A stretch of 64,000 bases of DNA. Source: Leucoraja ocellata (lineage: Eukaryota). The stretch's first letter is position 1. The number at the start of each line of letters is the position of its first letter. The stretch is taken from assembly GCA_036785375.1 (NCBI GenBank), contig JAWMAR010002360.1:62001-126000 (forward strand), given 5' to 3'. The notes beneath the pieces are model-generated. The model saw nothing but the letters and a program-made list of their open reading frames with translations, was not told where the DNA came from and searched no databases. The translations under genes and the position numbers were made by a program. Positions 11,307 through 23,510 of the stretch are shown here, piece by piece.

Positions 11307-14300
11307 GTGAGCTACAAGAAGTGGAAGGCTGTCATTAAGGACGCCAAAGGGGCGCTGAGTGGTCAATGCTCAAACAACCTGCTGAATGAACACATCACCA
11401 AGGTAAGCAATGCTTCAAAGAATCTGAACGCTGTTTATGAAGAGCTGAGACACATCGACATTCTAGATCATGACACACGTCGCAGAGTAGACACCTGTGA
11501 AGCAGTAACAAAGAAGATAATCAAAACGGCAAGAGGTTATCTAAACTCGGGAAAGAGTGAATGTCAAGTGGATGAAGAACAAGGTGTTAAAGATACAGAA
11601 TCTGTGTTCAAGTCTGCAGCCTCAGATAAAATGAGCATCAAATCTCACCGCACCAAATCCTCCCAGTCCTCTTCTCAAGGCAACTCAACAATCACATCCA
11701 GACATTCAAGCCAGTCTCCTGCACACAGACTAGAAGCCGCTGCTGAAGTCGCAGCCAATGAAGCCACATTACAAGCGCTGCTAGAGCAAGAACAGGATAT
11801 TATAGAACTTGAAAGACTTGAGGCGGAAGATGCAGAGAGAAAAAGGGTGCTAGAGGCCAAACGCAGACAAATAGTGCGATTGGAGACAATAGGGAAGCTA
11901 AAGGCTGTCAAGGCACGACAGCAAGTATATAAGCAGAGTGAATGCTCAGACGGTGAAATAGGCGAGCTGCTCTATCAACACGTCTCTCTGAAGGAGAAGA
12001 AGGAAGTCAACCAGGAAAGTAACCTGTCGAAGCATCACCCTCCACCACAAGCTATGACACTTCCAAAACAAGAAGATAGCACAGCAGCTCTTGTGAGAGT
12101 GTTTGCAGAGTCCATCAATGCGAGTCGTCTTCCTATACCGGAACCGTCAACGTTCAACGGCGACCCACTCAGATTCAATGACTGGAAGGTTTCCTTTCAG
12201 ACATTAATTGACAAGAAAAACTTACCAGGTGAAGAAAGGATATATTATCTGCGAAGGTATGTGGGTGGAGCTGCCAAGAAGGCCATAGAGAGTTACTTTC
12301 TGCTAGGCGCAGAGTCAGCCTATCATGCAGCGTGGACCATCCTAGAAGAGAGATATGGCAATCCATTCCTCATCGCCAAAGCCTTCAGAGACAAGCTTGA
12401 TTCATGGCCCAAGATAAGCTCCAAAGGCAGTTTAGAACTTCAAGAACTCACTGACTTCCTTCGCAGCTGTGAGGCCGCCATGTCTCAGATTAGAGGTCTT
12501 GAGGTACTCAATGACTGCAACGAGAATCAGAAAATGCTTGTTAAACTTCCAGACTGGCTGACCTCAAGATGGAACAGGAAAGTCATAAAAGTGGAAGAAC
12601 AAAGTCACAAGTTCCCAAGCTTCAGCCAATTCATCAAGTTCCTCACACGTGAAGCAAAAATTGCTTGCAACCTGATAACGTCCCTCTACGCTCTAAAACT
12701 AAGGGAAGTTGAGAAGAGCAAGGCTTCAATGAACAAAGGTCCTGGAGCAAAGGTATTGGTAACAAACTCTGATGAGAAGGCAGTCGCCACAAGCTGTGTG
12801 TTCTGTGAGAGGGAAGGTCACAGTCTACACAAGTGTTATAAATTCATGGATGAGACGGTCTCTGAGCGAGTCAAGTTTGTTCAAGAAAGGAAGTTGTGCT
12901 TTGGCTGTCTGAAGTCTGGTCATCGCTCAAAGGAAAGTGAAAACAGAATGATCTGCAATACATGTGAAAGGAGACATCCAACTTGCCTCCACGACAATCG
13001 CACCAAGGAAGGAAGGATGTTAACAAGGCCTGATGAAGCAAGAGACCGTGAGCAGTCAACGGAAGGCAAGATGAACCGATCACAAGATAAGACAACAAGA
13101 ACCTCACCTGAGGCAACATCCAATAGAGTCATCCAGCATGTCAAAAACACTCATACGTCCACCATCATCCCAGTGTGGGTGTCAGCCACAAGTGAGCCTA
13201 ATCGTGAAGTTCTTGTGTATGCACTTCTGGATACACAGAGTGACACAACCTTTCTCCTAGAAGACAATGCAAAAGCTCTACACGTGAAGACCGAACCAGT
13301 TCAGCTAAAGCTCTCCACAATGGCTTCAAGAAACACAGTTGTGTCCTGTAGGAAACTGACTGGTCTACAAGTAAGAGGATTTTACTCAGACAAGATAATC
13401 CAGCTGCCAGTGACCTACACAAGAGAATTCATACCTGCAAACAGAGATCATATTCTCTCACCAGAGACTGCAATGGCATGGCCTCATCTCGAACACATCG
13501 CAGATGACATAGCTCCACATCAAAGCTGCGACGTCGGCTTACTAATTGGCTACAACTGTCCTCAAGCTCTCGTCCCAAGACAAGTGCTACCTGGTGAAGA
13601 AAATCAGCCCTTTGCACTGAAAACCGACTTGGGCTGGAGTGTAGTGGGTTATGGCAACCTATGTCTCGATTATGGAGATGCTATTGGAGTGAGTCACCAG
13701 GTTATCGTGAAGCAAGTGATATCAGTTATTCAGTCCTCTTCAAACCTCACAAGCGAAGTGCATTATGTCTGTAGAACACAGATCAAGGAAGTAGTCTCAC
13801 CTGCAGCTGTCATCATGGTGCTGGAAGCTGACTTTGTGGAAGGAATTTCAGAGGAAGGCAACATCTCTCAAGAAGAGCTCCGATTCCTGTCAAGGATGGA
13901 AAAAGGCATCAGGCGCAAGGAGGATGGTCACTATGAGATGCCACTGCCGTTTAAGAAAGAAATACCCAACTTACCAGACAACAAGATATGTGCCATCCAT
14001 CGTCTAAGGTGCCTAGAAAGGAAGCTGAAAAGAAATGAACAGTATTACAAAGACTACAAGACCTTCATGGATGAGACCATAACCCGTGGAGATGCAGAAA
14101 ATGTCTCACAAGAAGACGTTAGTAAAGCTCCAGCATGGTACATTCCCCACCATGGGGTGTATCATCCGCAAAAGCCTGGGAAAATTTGTGTCGTTTTTTA
14201 CTGTTCCACGAGGTATCAAGAGACAGCCTTGAATGATCATCTCCTGACGGGTCCAGAGTTGACGAACACCTTGTTGGGAGTCCTTTGTCATTTTCGTAAA

Positions 14301-14390
14301 GGTCCAGTGGCGATCATGTGTGACATAGAACGCATGTTTCATCAGTTCCATGTAAAGGCAGAAGATCAGGATTACCTACGTTTCCTATGA
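11307..14390 (+). pseudogene. BEL/Pao Gag-PR-RT(N-terminal), unit 3
   Basis: 1027-aa ORF with the same motifs and TGA TAG end. Confidence 0.92.
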
Positions 14391-14443
14391 TAGGAGAATG
14401 GAAATCTTGAAGCACAACCCTCCATCCATCAGATGAAAGTCGT

Positions 14444-15538
14444 TTGTTTGGTGCAGTTTCCTCTCCTGGCTGTGCCAACTTTGGACTCAAACACCTGGCC
14501 GCTGAAGGACGAGGACGCTTCAGTGAAGACACCATCCAATTCATCCAGAATAATATCTATGTGGATGATGGCTTGGCAAGTGTAGCATCTGAAAGGCAAG
14601 CAATCAAACTAGTGAAAGAAGCGAGAGAGCTATGTAGCACAGGCAAACTTCGGCTACATAAGTTCATCTCTAACAGCAAGGAAGTCCTAGCCACAATCCC
14701 TAATGATGATTGTGCTGAAGCTGCCAAGGACCTGGACATGGCACTGGGAGAACAACACATGGATAGAGCACTCGGTGTCCAGTGGTGTGTGGCTTCTGAC
14801 GAATTCCAGTTCAGGGTAATTGTCAAAGAAAATCCATTCACCCGAAGAGGAGTCTTGTCCACGGTTGCCTCAGTGTATGACCCGCTCGGATTTGTGGCAC
14901 CCTTCATCTTGGTAGGAAAGCAGATCTTGCAGCAGATGTGTCGTGACAAGCTCAGTTGGGATGACACCTTACCAGATGACCTACCCCTGTGGGAATCTTG
15001 GCACCAAGACCTGAAAAACCTGGCTGGTGTGAAGATCGGGAGATGCTACGCTCCACCAAGTTTCAATGTCCAGCACTATGAGCTCCACCATTTCTCCGAT
15101 GCCAGTGTGACGGGCTATGGAGTTTTCTCATATCTCAGAGCGGTCAGTACATCAGGTGAAGTCCACTGCACCTTAGTAATGGGAAAGTCAAGAGTCGCCC
15201 CTACTAAGGTGATGACCATACCAAGACTAGAGCTGTCAGCAGCAGTGGTAGCTGTCCGCATCAGTGACATGCTCAAGAAAGAGCTCGAAGTAGAATGCCG
15301 TCAAGAAATCTTCTGGACTGATTCAAAGGTCGTACTTGGATACATCAGTAATCAAGCCAGAAGATTCCACGTGTTCGTAGCAAACTGCGTGGAACGCATC
15401 AAGCGAAGCACAGAGTCTGCGCAATGGAGGCATGTAACTTCTGAGGAGAACCCAGCAGATCACGCCTCAAGAGGTCTCACAGCAGGACAACTTATAGCCT
15501 CCAAACCGGTTCACCTGGAGAGACCCATAGTTAGATAA
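14444..15538 (+). pseudogene. BEL/Pao RT C-terminus + RNase H, unit 3
   Basis: YVDD, FSDAS, NPAD motifs. Confidence 0.92.
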
Positions 15539-15615
15539 TATTTTGAACTAATATTTTATATGCAGTATGTATGTCTCTAAGTTGTTCTAAGAAATCACAT
15601 GTGATTTGGTGGGAG

Positions 15616-16014
15616 TGTAACTGCCCCACATCGGCAGTTAGTTAAATTCTGAACCTCACGGTTTTTGGTTCCTACCTGAAATAGTAGTGTTCCTAAGGGG
15701 GGAACTAATTGCCGACTTAGTTTCCGGGGGGCACGGTTGTTGGCACACACAGAAGCCATGACTAAGAAGAAACCAAGAAATACCTCTTAAGTAGTAAGCA
15801 GTGGACGAGGTATGTTGTTTATTTGCTTGGTTAGTGTGGTGTTGTGTTCTGTATGGACGTACATGCATGTATTTTGTAAACTGCATTTTTATTTTGTTTG
15901 TTTTTGTTTTTTGTTGCCTTGTTTTTGGCTCAGTTCTCACGGGTTGGTTGGAGCCGAAAATAAACCCCGTATTTAACCACGATCTCGGGCCTCGTGTACT
16001 ACGTGGGAGCTACA
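15616..16014 (+). repeat. LTR copy 3
   Basis: Identical by eye to the other forward LTRs. Confidence 0.93.
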
Positions 16015-16863
16015 GTGAGAACTCGACTGCTCTGCATGAGTAGCCGAGGAGGATGTCACCAGACGGCAGCAGCCGAGAAGAGACGAACCATATCCATGCT
16101 GCGTGTGTATCTTCTACCACCGCCTACGCCGAAACACAAGCAGATCAAGCCCACAGGAAGGCCCAGGTGCCCCTAGTGTGAATATTGCTGTTAAGAAAAC
16201 TCGTGTTTTGCACAAGAGACTGATATATTATCTACATTTTCATTTAATAAGTTGATGTTGTTATTTTCTACAACTAAAGGACTTTAAGTGTTTTGCACAA
16301 GAGACTGAGATATAATGTGCATTTCATTTATGTTGTTTACTTACCTTTCCTTATTGAAGACCATTGATACTCACACTGTGTTGATATTGAGAATTTGTTT
16401 ATTGATGGTTACACTGTAAAAATCCTGTTAAAACATGCAGTACTCATAGTAATTTAAAGGTGCATTTCTGTTACTTAACAAGTGTTTAATGCATATGTAA
16501 CTTACCTGTGGAAGAGTTGATAGCGTTATTTGTCTAATTATCACTCATAGTGATTTAAGTTGATAACACTATAAAAATTATTTATTAATTAGGTACTTAC
16601 TCAACATAAGAAAATATTAGATTTAAACCAAACTAAAGTAAACCAAGTTTGAGCTTTCCCCTGAAAGTGACAGAGAAGATGATGAAGGTGATGACACGAA
16701 ACAGCACTGCCCAGACGCACAACCACAAACGACCAAAGGCACTGGAGATGATATCCACACTTCCTCACAAGAGCCACAAAGAGGCCAAAGAGTCCGCAAG
16801 CTAACGGAAAAGGGCCAAGAACTGCACGATGAGCAAGTAAGAAAGGTTGCACACCGTTTCAGT

Positions 16864-19800
16864 GTGAGCTACAAGAAGTGGAAGGCTGTCATTAAGGACG
16901 CCAAAGGGGCGCTGAGTGGTCAATGCTCAAACAACCTGCTGAATGAACACATCACCAAGGTAAGCAATGCTTCAAAGAATCTGAACGCTGTTTATGAAGA
17001 GCTGAGACACATCGACATTCTAGATCATGACACACGTCGCAGAGTAGACACCTGTGAAGCAGTAACAAAGAAGATAATCAAAACGGCAAGAGGTTATCTA
17101 AACTCGGGAAAGAGTGAATGTCAAGTGGATGAAGAACAAGGTGTTAAAGATACAGAATCTGTGTTCAAGTCTGCAGCCTCAGATAAAATGAGCATCAAAT
17201 CTCACCGCACCAAATCCTCCCAGTCCTCTTCTCAAGGCAACTCAACAATCACATCCAGACATTCAAGCCAGTCTCCTGCACACAGACTAGAAGCCGCTGC
17301 TGAAGTCGCAGCCAATGAAGCCACATTACAAGCGCTGCTAGAGCAAGAACAGGATATTATAGAACTTGAAAGACTTGAGGCGGAAGATGCAGAGAGAAAA
17401 AGGGTGCTAGAGGCCAAACGCAGACAAATAGTGCGATTGGAGACAATATGGAAGCTAAAGGCTGTCAAGGCACGACAGCAAGTATATAAGCAGAGTGAAT
17501 GCTCAGACGATGAAATAGACGAGCTGCTCTATCAACACGTCTCTCTGAAGGAGAAGAAGGAAGTCAACCAGGAAAGTAACCTGTCGAAGCATCACCCTCC
17601 ACCACAAGCTATGACACTTCCAAAACAAGAAGATAGCACAGCAGCTCTTGTGAGAGTGTTTGCAGAGTCCATCAATGCGAGTCGTCTTCCTATACCGGAA
17701 CCGTCAACGTTCAACGGCGACCCACTCAGATTCAATGACTGGAAGGTTTCCTTTCAGACATTAATTGACAAGAAAAACTTACCAGGTGAAGAAAGGATAT
17801 ATTATCTGCGAAGGTATGTGGGTGGAGCTGCCAAGAAGGCCATAGAGAGTTACTTTCTGCTAGGCGCAGAGTCAGCCTATCATGCAGCGTGGACCATCCT
17901 AGAAGAGAGATATGGCAATCCATTCCTCATCGCCAAAGCCTTCAGAGACAAGCTTGATTCATGGCCCAAGATAAGCTCCAAAGGCAGTTTAGAACTTCAA
18001 GAACTCACTGACTTCCTTCGCAGCTGTGAGGCCGCCATGTCTCAGATTAGAGGTCTTGAGGTACTCAATGACTGCAACGAGAATCAGAAAATGCTTGTTA
18101 AACTTCCAGACTGGCTGACCTCAAGATGGAACAGGAAAGTCATAAAAGTGGAAGAACAAAGTCACAAGTTCCCAAGCTTCAGCCAATTCATCAAGTTCCT
18201 CACACGTGAAGCAAAAATTGCTTGCAACCCGATAACGTCCCTCTACGCTCTAAAACTAAGGGAAGTTGAGAAGAGCAAGGCTTCAATGAACAAAGGTCCT
18301 GGAGCAAAGGTATTGGTAACAAACTCTGATGAGAAGGCTGTCGCCACAAGCTGTGTGTTCTGTGAGAGGGAAGGTCACAGTCTACACAAGTGTTATAAAT
18401 TCATGGATGAGACGGTCTCTGAACGAGTCAAGTTTGTTCAAGAAAGGAAGTTGTGCTTTGGCTGTCTGAAGTCTGGTCATCGCTCAAAGGAAAGTGAAAA
18501 CAGAATGATCTGCAATACATGTGAAAGGAGACATCCAACTTGCCTCCACGACAATCGCACCAAGGAAGGAAGGATGTTAACAAGGCCCGATGAAGCAAGA
18601 GACCGTGAGCAGTCAACGGAAGGCAAGATGAACCGATCACAAGATAAGACAACAAGAACCTCACCTGAGGCAACATCCAATAGAGTCATCCAGCATGTCA
18701 AAGACACCCATACGTCCACCATCATCCCAGTGTGGGTGTCAGCCACAAGTGAGCCTAATCGTGAAGTTCTTGTGTATGCACTTCTGGATACACAGAGTGA
18801 CACAACCTTTCTCCTAGAAGACACTGCAAAAGCTCTACACATGAAGAACGAACCAGTTCAGCTAAAGCTCTCCACAATGACTTCAAGAAACACAGTTGTG
18901 TCCTGTAGGAAACTGACTGGTCTACAAGTAAGAGGATTTTACTCAGACAAGATAATCCAGCTGCCAGTGACCTACACAAGAGAATTCATACCTGCAAACA
19001 GAGATCATATTCTCTCACCAGAGACTGCAATGGCATGGCCTCATCTCGAACACATCGCAGATGACATAGCTCCACATCAAAGCTGCGACGTCGGCTTACT
19101 AATTGGCTACAACTGTCCTCAAGCTCTCGTCCCAAGACAAGTGCTAACTGGTGAAGAAAATCAGCCCTTTGCACTGAAAACCGACTTGGGCTGGAGTGTA
19201 GTGGGTTATGGCAACCTATGTCTCGATTATGGAGATGCTATTGGAGTGAGTCGCCAGGTTATCGTGAAGCAAGTGATATCAGTTATTCAGTCCTCTTCAA
19301 ACCTCACAAGCGAAGTGCATTATGTCTGTAGAACACAGATCAAGGAAGTAGTCTCACCTGCAGCTGTCATCAAGGTGCTGGAAGCTGACTTTGTGGAAGG
19401 AATTTCAGAGGAAGGCAACATCTCTCAAGAAGAGCTCCGATTCCTGTCAAGGATGGAAAAAGGCATCAGGCGCAAGGAGGATGGTCACTATGAGATGCCA
19501 CTGCCGTTTAAGAAAGAAAGACCCAACTTACCAGACAACAAGATATGTGCCATCCATTGTCCCAGGTGCCTAGAAAGGAAGCTGAAAAGAAATGACCAGT
19601 ATTACAAAGACTACAAGACCTTCATGGATGAGACCATAACCCGTGGAGATGCAGAAAATGTCTCACAAGAAGACGTTAGTAAAGCTCCAGCATGGTACAT
19701 TCCCCACCATGGGGTGTATCATCCGCAAAAGCCTGGGAAAATTTGTGTCGTTTTTTACTGTTCCACGAGGTATCAAGAGACAGCCTTGAATGATCATCTC

Positions 19801-19947
19801 CTGACGGGTCCAGAGTTGACGAACACCTTGTTGGGAGTCCTTTGTCATTTTCGTAAAGGTCCAGCGGCGATCATGTGTGACATAGAACGCATGTTTCATC
19901 AGTTCCATGTAAAGGCAGAAGATCAGGATTACCTACGTTTCCTATGA
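16864..19947 (+). pseudogene. BEL/Pao Gag-PR-RT(N-terminal), unit 4 (recombinant type)
   Basis: 1027-aa ORF; 5' variants as in units 1/3, later variants as in unit 2. Confidence 0.92.
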
Positions 19948-20000
19948 TAGGAGAATGGAAATCTTGAAGCACAACCCTCCATCTATCAGATGAAAGTCGT

Positions 20001-21095
20001 TTGTTTGGTGCAGTTTCCTCTCCTGGCTGTGCCAACTTTGGACTCAAACACCTGGCCGCTGAAGGACGAGGACGCTTCAGTGAAGACACCATCCAATTCA
20101 TCCAGAATAATATCTATGTGGATGATGGCTTGGCAAGTGTAGCATCTGAAAGGCAAGCAATCAAACTAGTGAAAGAAGCGAGAGAGCTATGTAGCACAGG
20201 CAAACTTCGGCTACATAAGTTCATCTCTAACAGCAAGGAAGTCCTAGCCACCATCCCTAATGAGGATTGTGCTGAAGCTGCCAAGGACCTGGACATGGCA
20301 CTGGGAGAACAACACATGGATAGAGCACTCGGTGTCCAGTGGTGTGTGGCTTCTGACGAATTCCAGTTCAGGGTAATTGTCAAAGAAAATCCATTCACCC
20401 GAAGAGGAGTCTTGTCCACGGTTGCCTCAGTGTATGACCCGCTCGGATTTGTGGCACCCTTCATCTTGGTAGGAAAGCAGATCTTGCAGCAGATGTGTCG
20501 TGACAAGCTCAGTTGGGATGACACCTTACCAGATGACCTACCCCTGTGGGAATCTTGGCACCAAGACCTGAAAAACCTGGCTGGTGTGAAGATCGGGAGA
20601 TGCTACGCTCCACCAAGTTTCAATGTCCAGCACTATGAGCTCCACCATTTCTCCGATGCCAGTGTGACGGGCTATGGAGTTTTCTCATATCTCAGAGCGG
20701 TCAGTACATCAGGTGAAGTCCACTGCACCTTAGTAATGGGAAAGTCAAGAGTCTCCCCTACTAAGGTGATGACCATACCAAGACTAGAGCTGTCAGCAGC
20801 AGTGGTAGCTGTTCGCATCAGTGACATGCTCAAGAAAGAGCTCGAAGTAGAATGCTGTCAAGAAATCTTCTGGACTGATTCAAAGGTCGTACTTGGATAC
20901 ATCAGTAATCAAGCCAGAAGATTCCACGTGTTCGTAGCAAACTGCGTGGAACGCATCAAGCGAAGCACAGAGTCTGCGCAATGGAGGCATGTAACTTCTG
21001 AGGAGAACCCAGCAGATCACGCCTCAAGAGGTCTCACAGCAGGACAACTTATAGCCTCCAAACCGGTTCACCTGGAGAGACCCATAGTTAGATAA
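20001..21095 (+). pseudogene. BEL/Pao RT C-terminus + RNase H, unit 4
   Basis: YVDD, FSDAS, NPAD motifs. Confidence 0.92.
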
Positions 21096-21172
21096 TATTT
21101 TGAACTAATATTTTATATGCAGTATGTATGTCTCTAAGTTGTTCTAAGAAATCACATGTGATTTGGTGGGAG

Positions 21173-21571
21173 TGTAACTGCCCCACATCGGCAGTTAGTT
21201 AAATTCTGAACCTCACGGTTTTTGGTTCCTACCTGAAATAGTAGTGTTCCTAAGGGGGGAACTAATTGCCGACTTAGTTTCCGGGGGGCACGGTTGTTGG
21301 CACACACAGAAGCCATGACTAAGAAGAAACCAAGAAATACCTCTTAAGTAGTAAGCAGTGGACGAGGTATGTTGTTTATTTGCTTGGTTAGTGTGGTGTT
21401 GTGTTCTGTATGGACGTACATGCATGTATTTTGTAAACTGCATTTTTATTTTGTTTGTTTTTGTTTTTTGTTGCCTTGTTTTTGGCTCAGTTCTCACGGG
21501 TTGGTTGGAGCCGAAAATAAACCCCGTATTTAACCACGATCTCGGGCCTCGTGTACTACGTGGGAGCTACA
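21173..21571 (+). repeat. Terminal 3' LTR followed by putative TSD TGGTT (21572-21576)
   Basis: Similarity to the other units stops exactly at ...GCTACA. Confidence 0.93.
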
Positions 21572-21576
21572 TGGTT

Positions 21577-23510
21577 CATAGAAACATAGAAACATAGAAA
21601 TTAGGTGCAGGCATAGGCCATTCGGCCCGTCGAGCCTGCACCGCCATTCAATATGATCATCCAACTCAGTATCCCGTACCTGCCTTCTCTCCATACCCTC
21701 TGATCCCCTTGGCCACAAGGGCCACATCTAACTCCCTCTTAAATATAGCCAATGAACTGGCCTCAACTACCCTCTGTGGCAGAGAGTTCCAGAGATTCAC
21801 CACTCTCTGTGTGAAAAATGTTCTTCTCATCTCGGTTTTAAAGGATTTCCCCCTTATCCTTAAGCTGTGACCCCTTGTCCTGGACTTCCCCAACATCGGA
21901 AACAATCTTCCTGCATCTAGCCTGTCCAACCCCTTAAGAATTTTGTAAGTTTCTATAAGATCCCCTCTCAATCTCCTAAACTCTAGAGAGTATAAACCAA
22001 GTCTATCCAGTCTTTCTTCATAAGACAGTCCTGACATCCCAGGAATCAGTCTGGTGAACCTTCTCTGCACTCCCTCTATGGCAATAATATCCTTCCTCAG
22101 ATTTGGAGACCAAAACTGCACGCAATACTCCAGGTGTGGTCTCACCAAGACCCTATACAACTGCAGTAGAACCTCCCTGCTCCTATACTCAAATCCTCTT
22201 GCTATGAAGGCCAACATGCCATTCGCTTTCTTTACTGCCTGCTGCACCTGCATGCCTACCTTCAATGACTGGTGTACCATGACACCCAGGTCTCGCTGCA
22301 TCTCCCCGTTTCCCAATCGGCCACCGTTTAGATAATAATCTGCTTTCCCGTTTTTGCCACCAAAATGGATAACCTCACATTTATCCACATTATACTGCAT
22401 CTGCCAAACATTTGCCCACTCACCCAGCCTATCCAAGTCACCTGGCAGTCTCCTAGCATCCTCCTCACAGCTAACACTGCCCCCCAGCTTTGTGTCATCC
22501 GCAAACTTGGAGATATTGCCTTCAATTCCCTCATCCAGATCATTAATATATATTGTAAATAGCTGGGGTCCCAGTACTGAGCCTTGGGGTACCCCACTAG
22601 TCACTGCCTGCCATTGTGAAAAGGACCCGTTTACTCCTACTCTTTGCTTCCTGTTTGCCAGCCAGTTCTCTATCCACATCAATACTGAACCCCCAATGCC
22701 TTGTGCTTTAAGTTTGTATACTAATCTCTTATGTGGGACCTTGTCGAAAGCCTTCTGGAAGTCCAGATACACCACATCCACTGGTTCTCCCCTATCCACG
22801 CTACTAGTTACATCCTCGAAAAATTCTATAAGATTCGTCAGACATGATTTACCTTTCGTAAATCCATGCTGACTTTGTCCAATGATTTCACCAATTTCCA
22901 AATGTGCTGCTATCCCATCTTTAATAACTGACTCTAGCAGTTTCCCCACTACCGATGTTAGACTAACTGGTCTGTAATTCCCCATTTTCTCTCTCCCTCC
23001 CTTCTTAAAAAGTGGGGTTACGTTTGCTACCCGCCAATCTTCAGGAACTACTCCAGAATCTAAAGAGTTTTGAAAGATTATTACTAATGCATCCACTATT
23101 TCTGGAGCTACTTCCTTAAGTACTCTGGGATGCAGCCTATCTGGCCCTGGGGATTTATCGACCTTTAATCCATTCAATTTACCCAACACCACTTTCCGGC
23201 TAACCTGGATTTCACTCAATTCCTCCAAATCGTTTGACCCGCGGTCCCCTGCTATTTCCGGCAAATTATTTCTGTCTTCCTTAGTGAAGACGGAACCAAA
23301 GTAGTTATTCAATTGGTCCGCCATATCCTTGTTCCCCATGATCAACTCACCTGTTTCTGACTGCAAGGGACCTACATTTGTTTTAACTAATCTCTTTCTT
23401 TTCACATATCTATAAAAATTTTGCAGTCAGTTTTTATGTTCCCTGCCAGTTTTCTTTCATAATCTATTTTTCCTTTCCTAATTAAGCCCTTTGTCCTCCT
23501 CTGCTGGGCT
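21577..23510 (-). mobile_element. CR1 LINE family A, 5'-truncated, open RT ORF 21666-23405, (CATAGAAA)n tail
   Basis: YRPVSLTS, QHGF, YLDFQKAFDKV, GVPQGSVLGP, FADD; 8-bp microsatellite tail at 21577-21600. Confidence 0.92.

Larger units (their letters stand above)
1..21571 (+). mobile_element. Tandem head-to-tail array of >=4 integrase-less BEL/Pao LTR retrotransposon units sharing single LTRs (left end outside window)
   Basis: The same sequence recurs at 1, 5558, 11122 and 16679 (periods 5557, 5564, 5557). Each unit has gag-PR-RT-RNaseH followed by PPT and one LTR. Confidence 0.95.
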
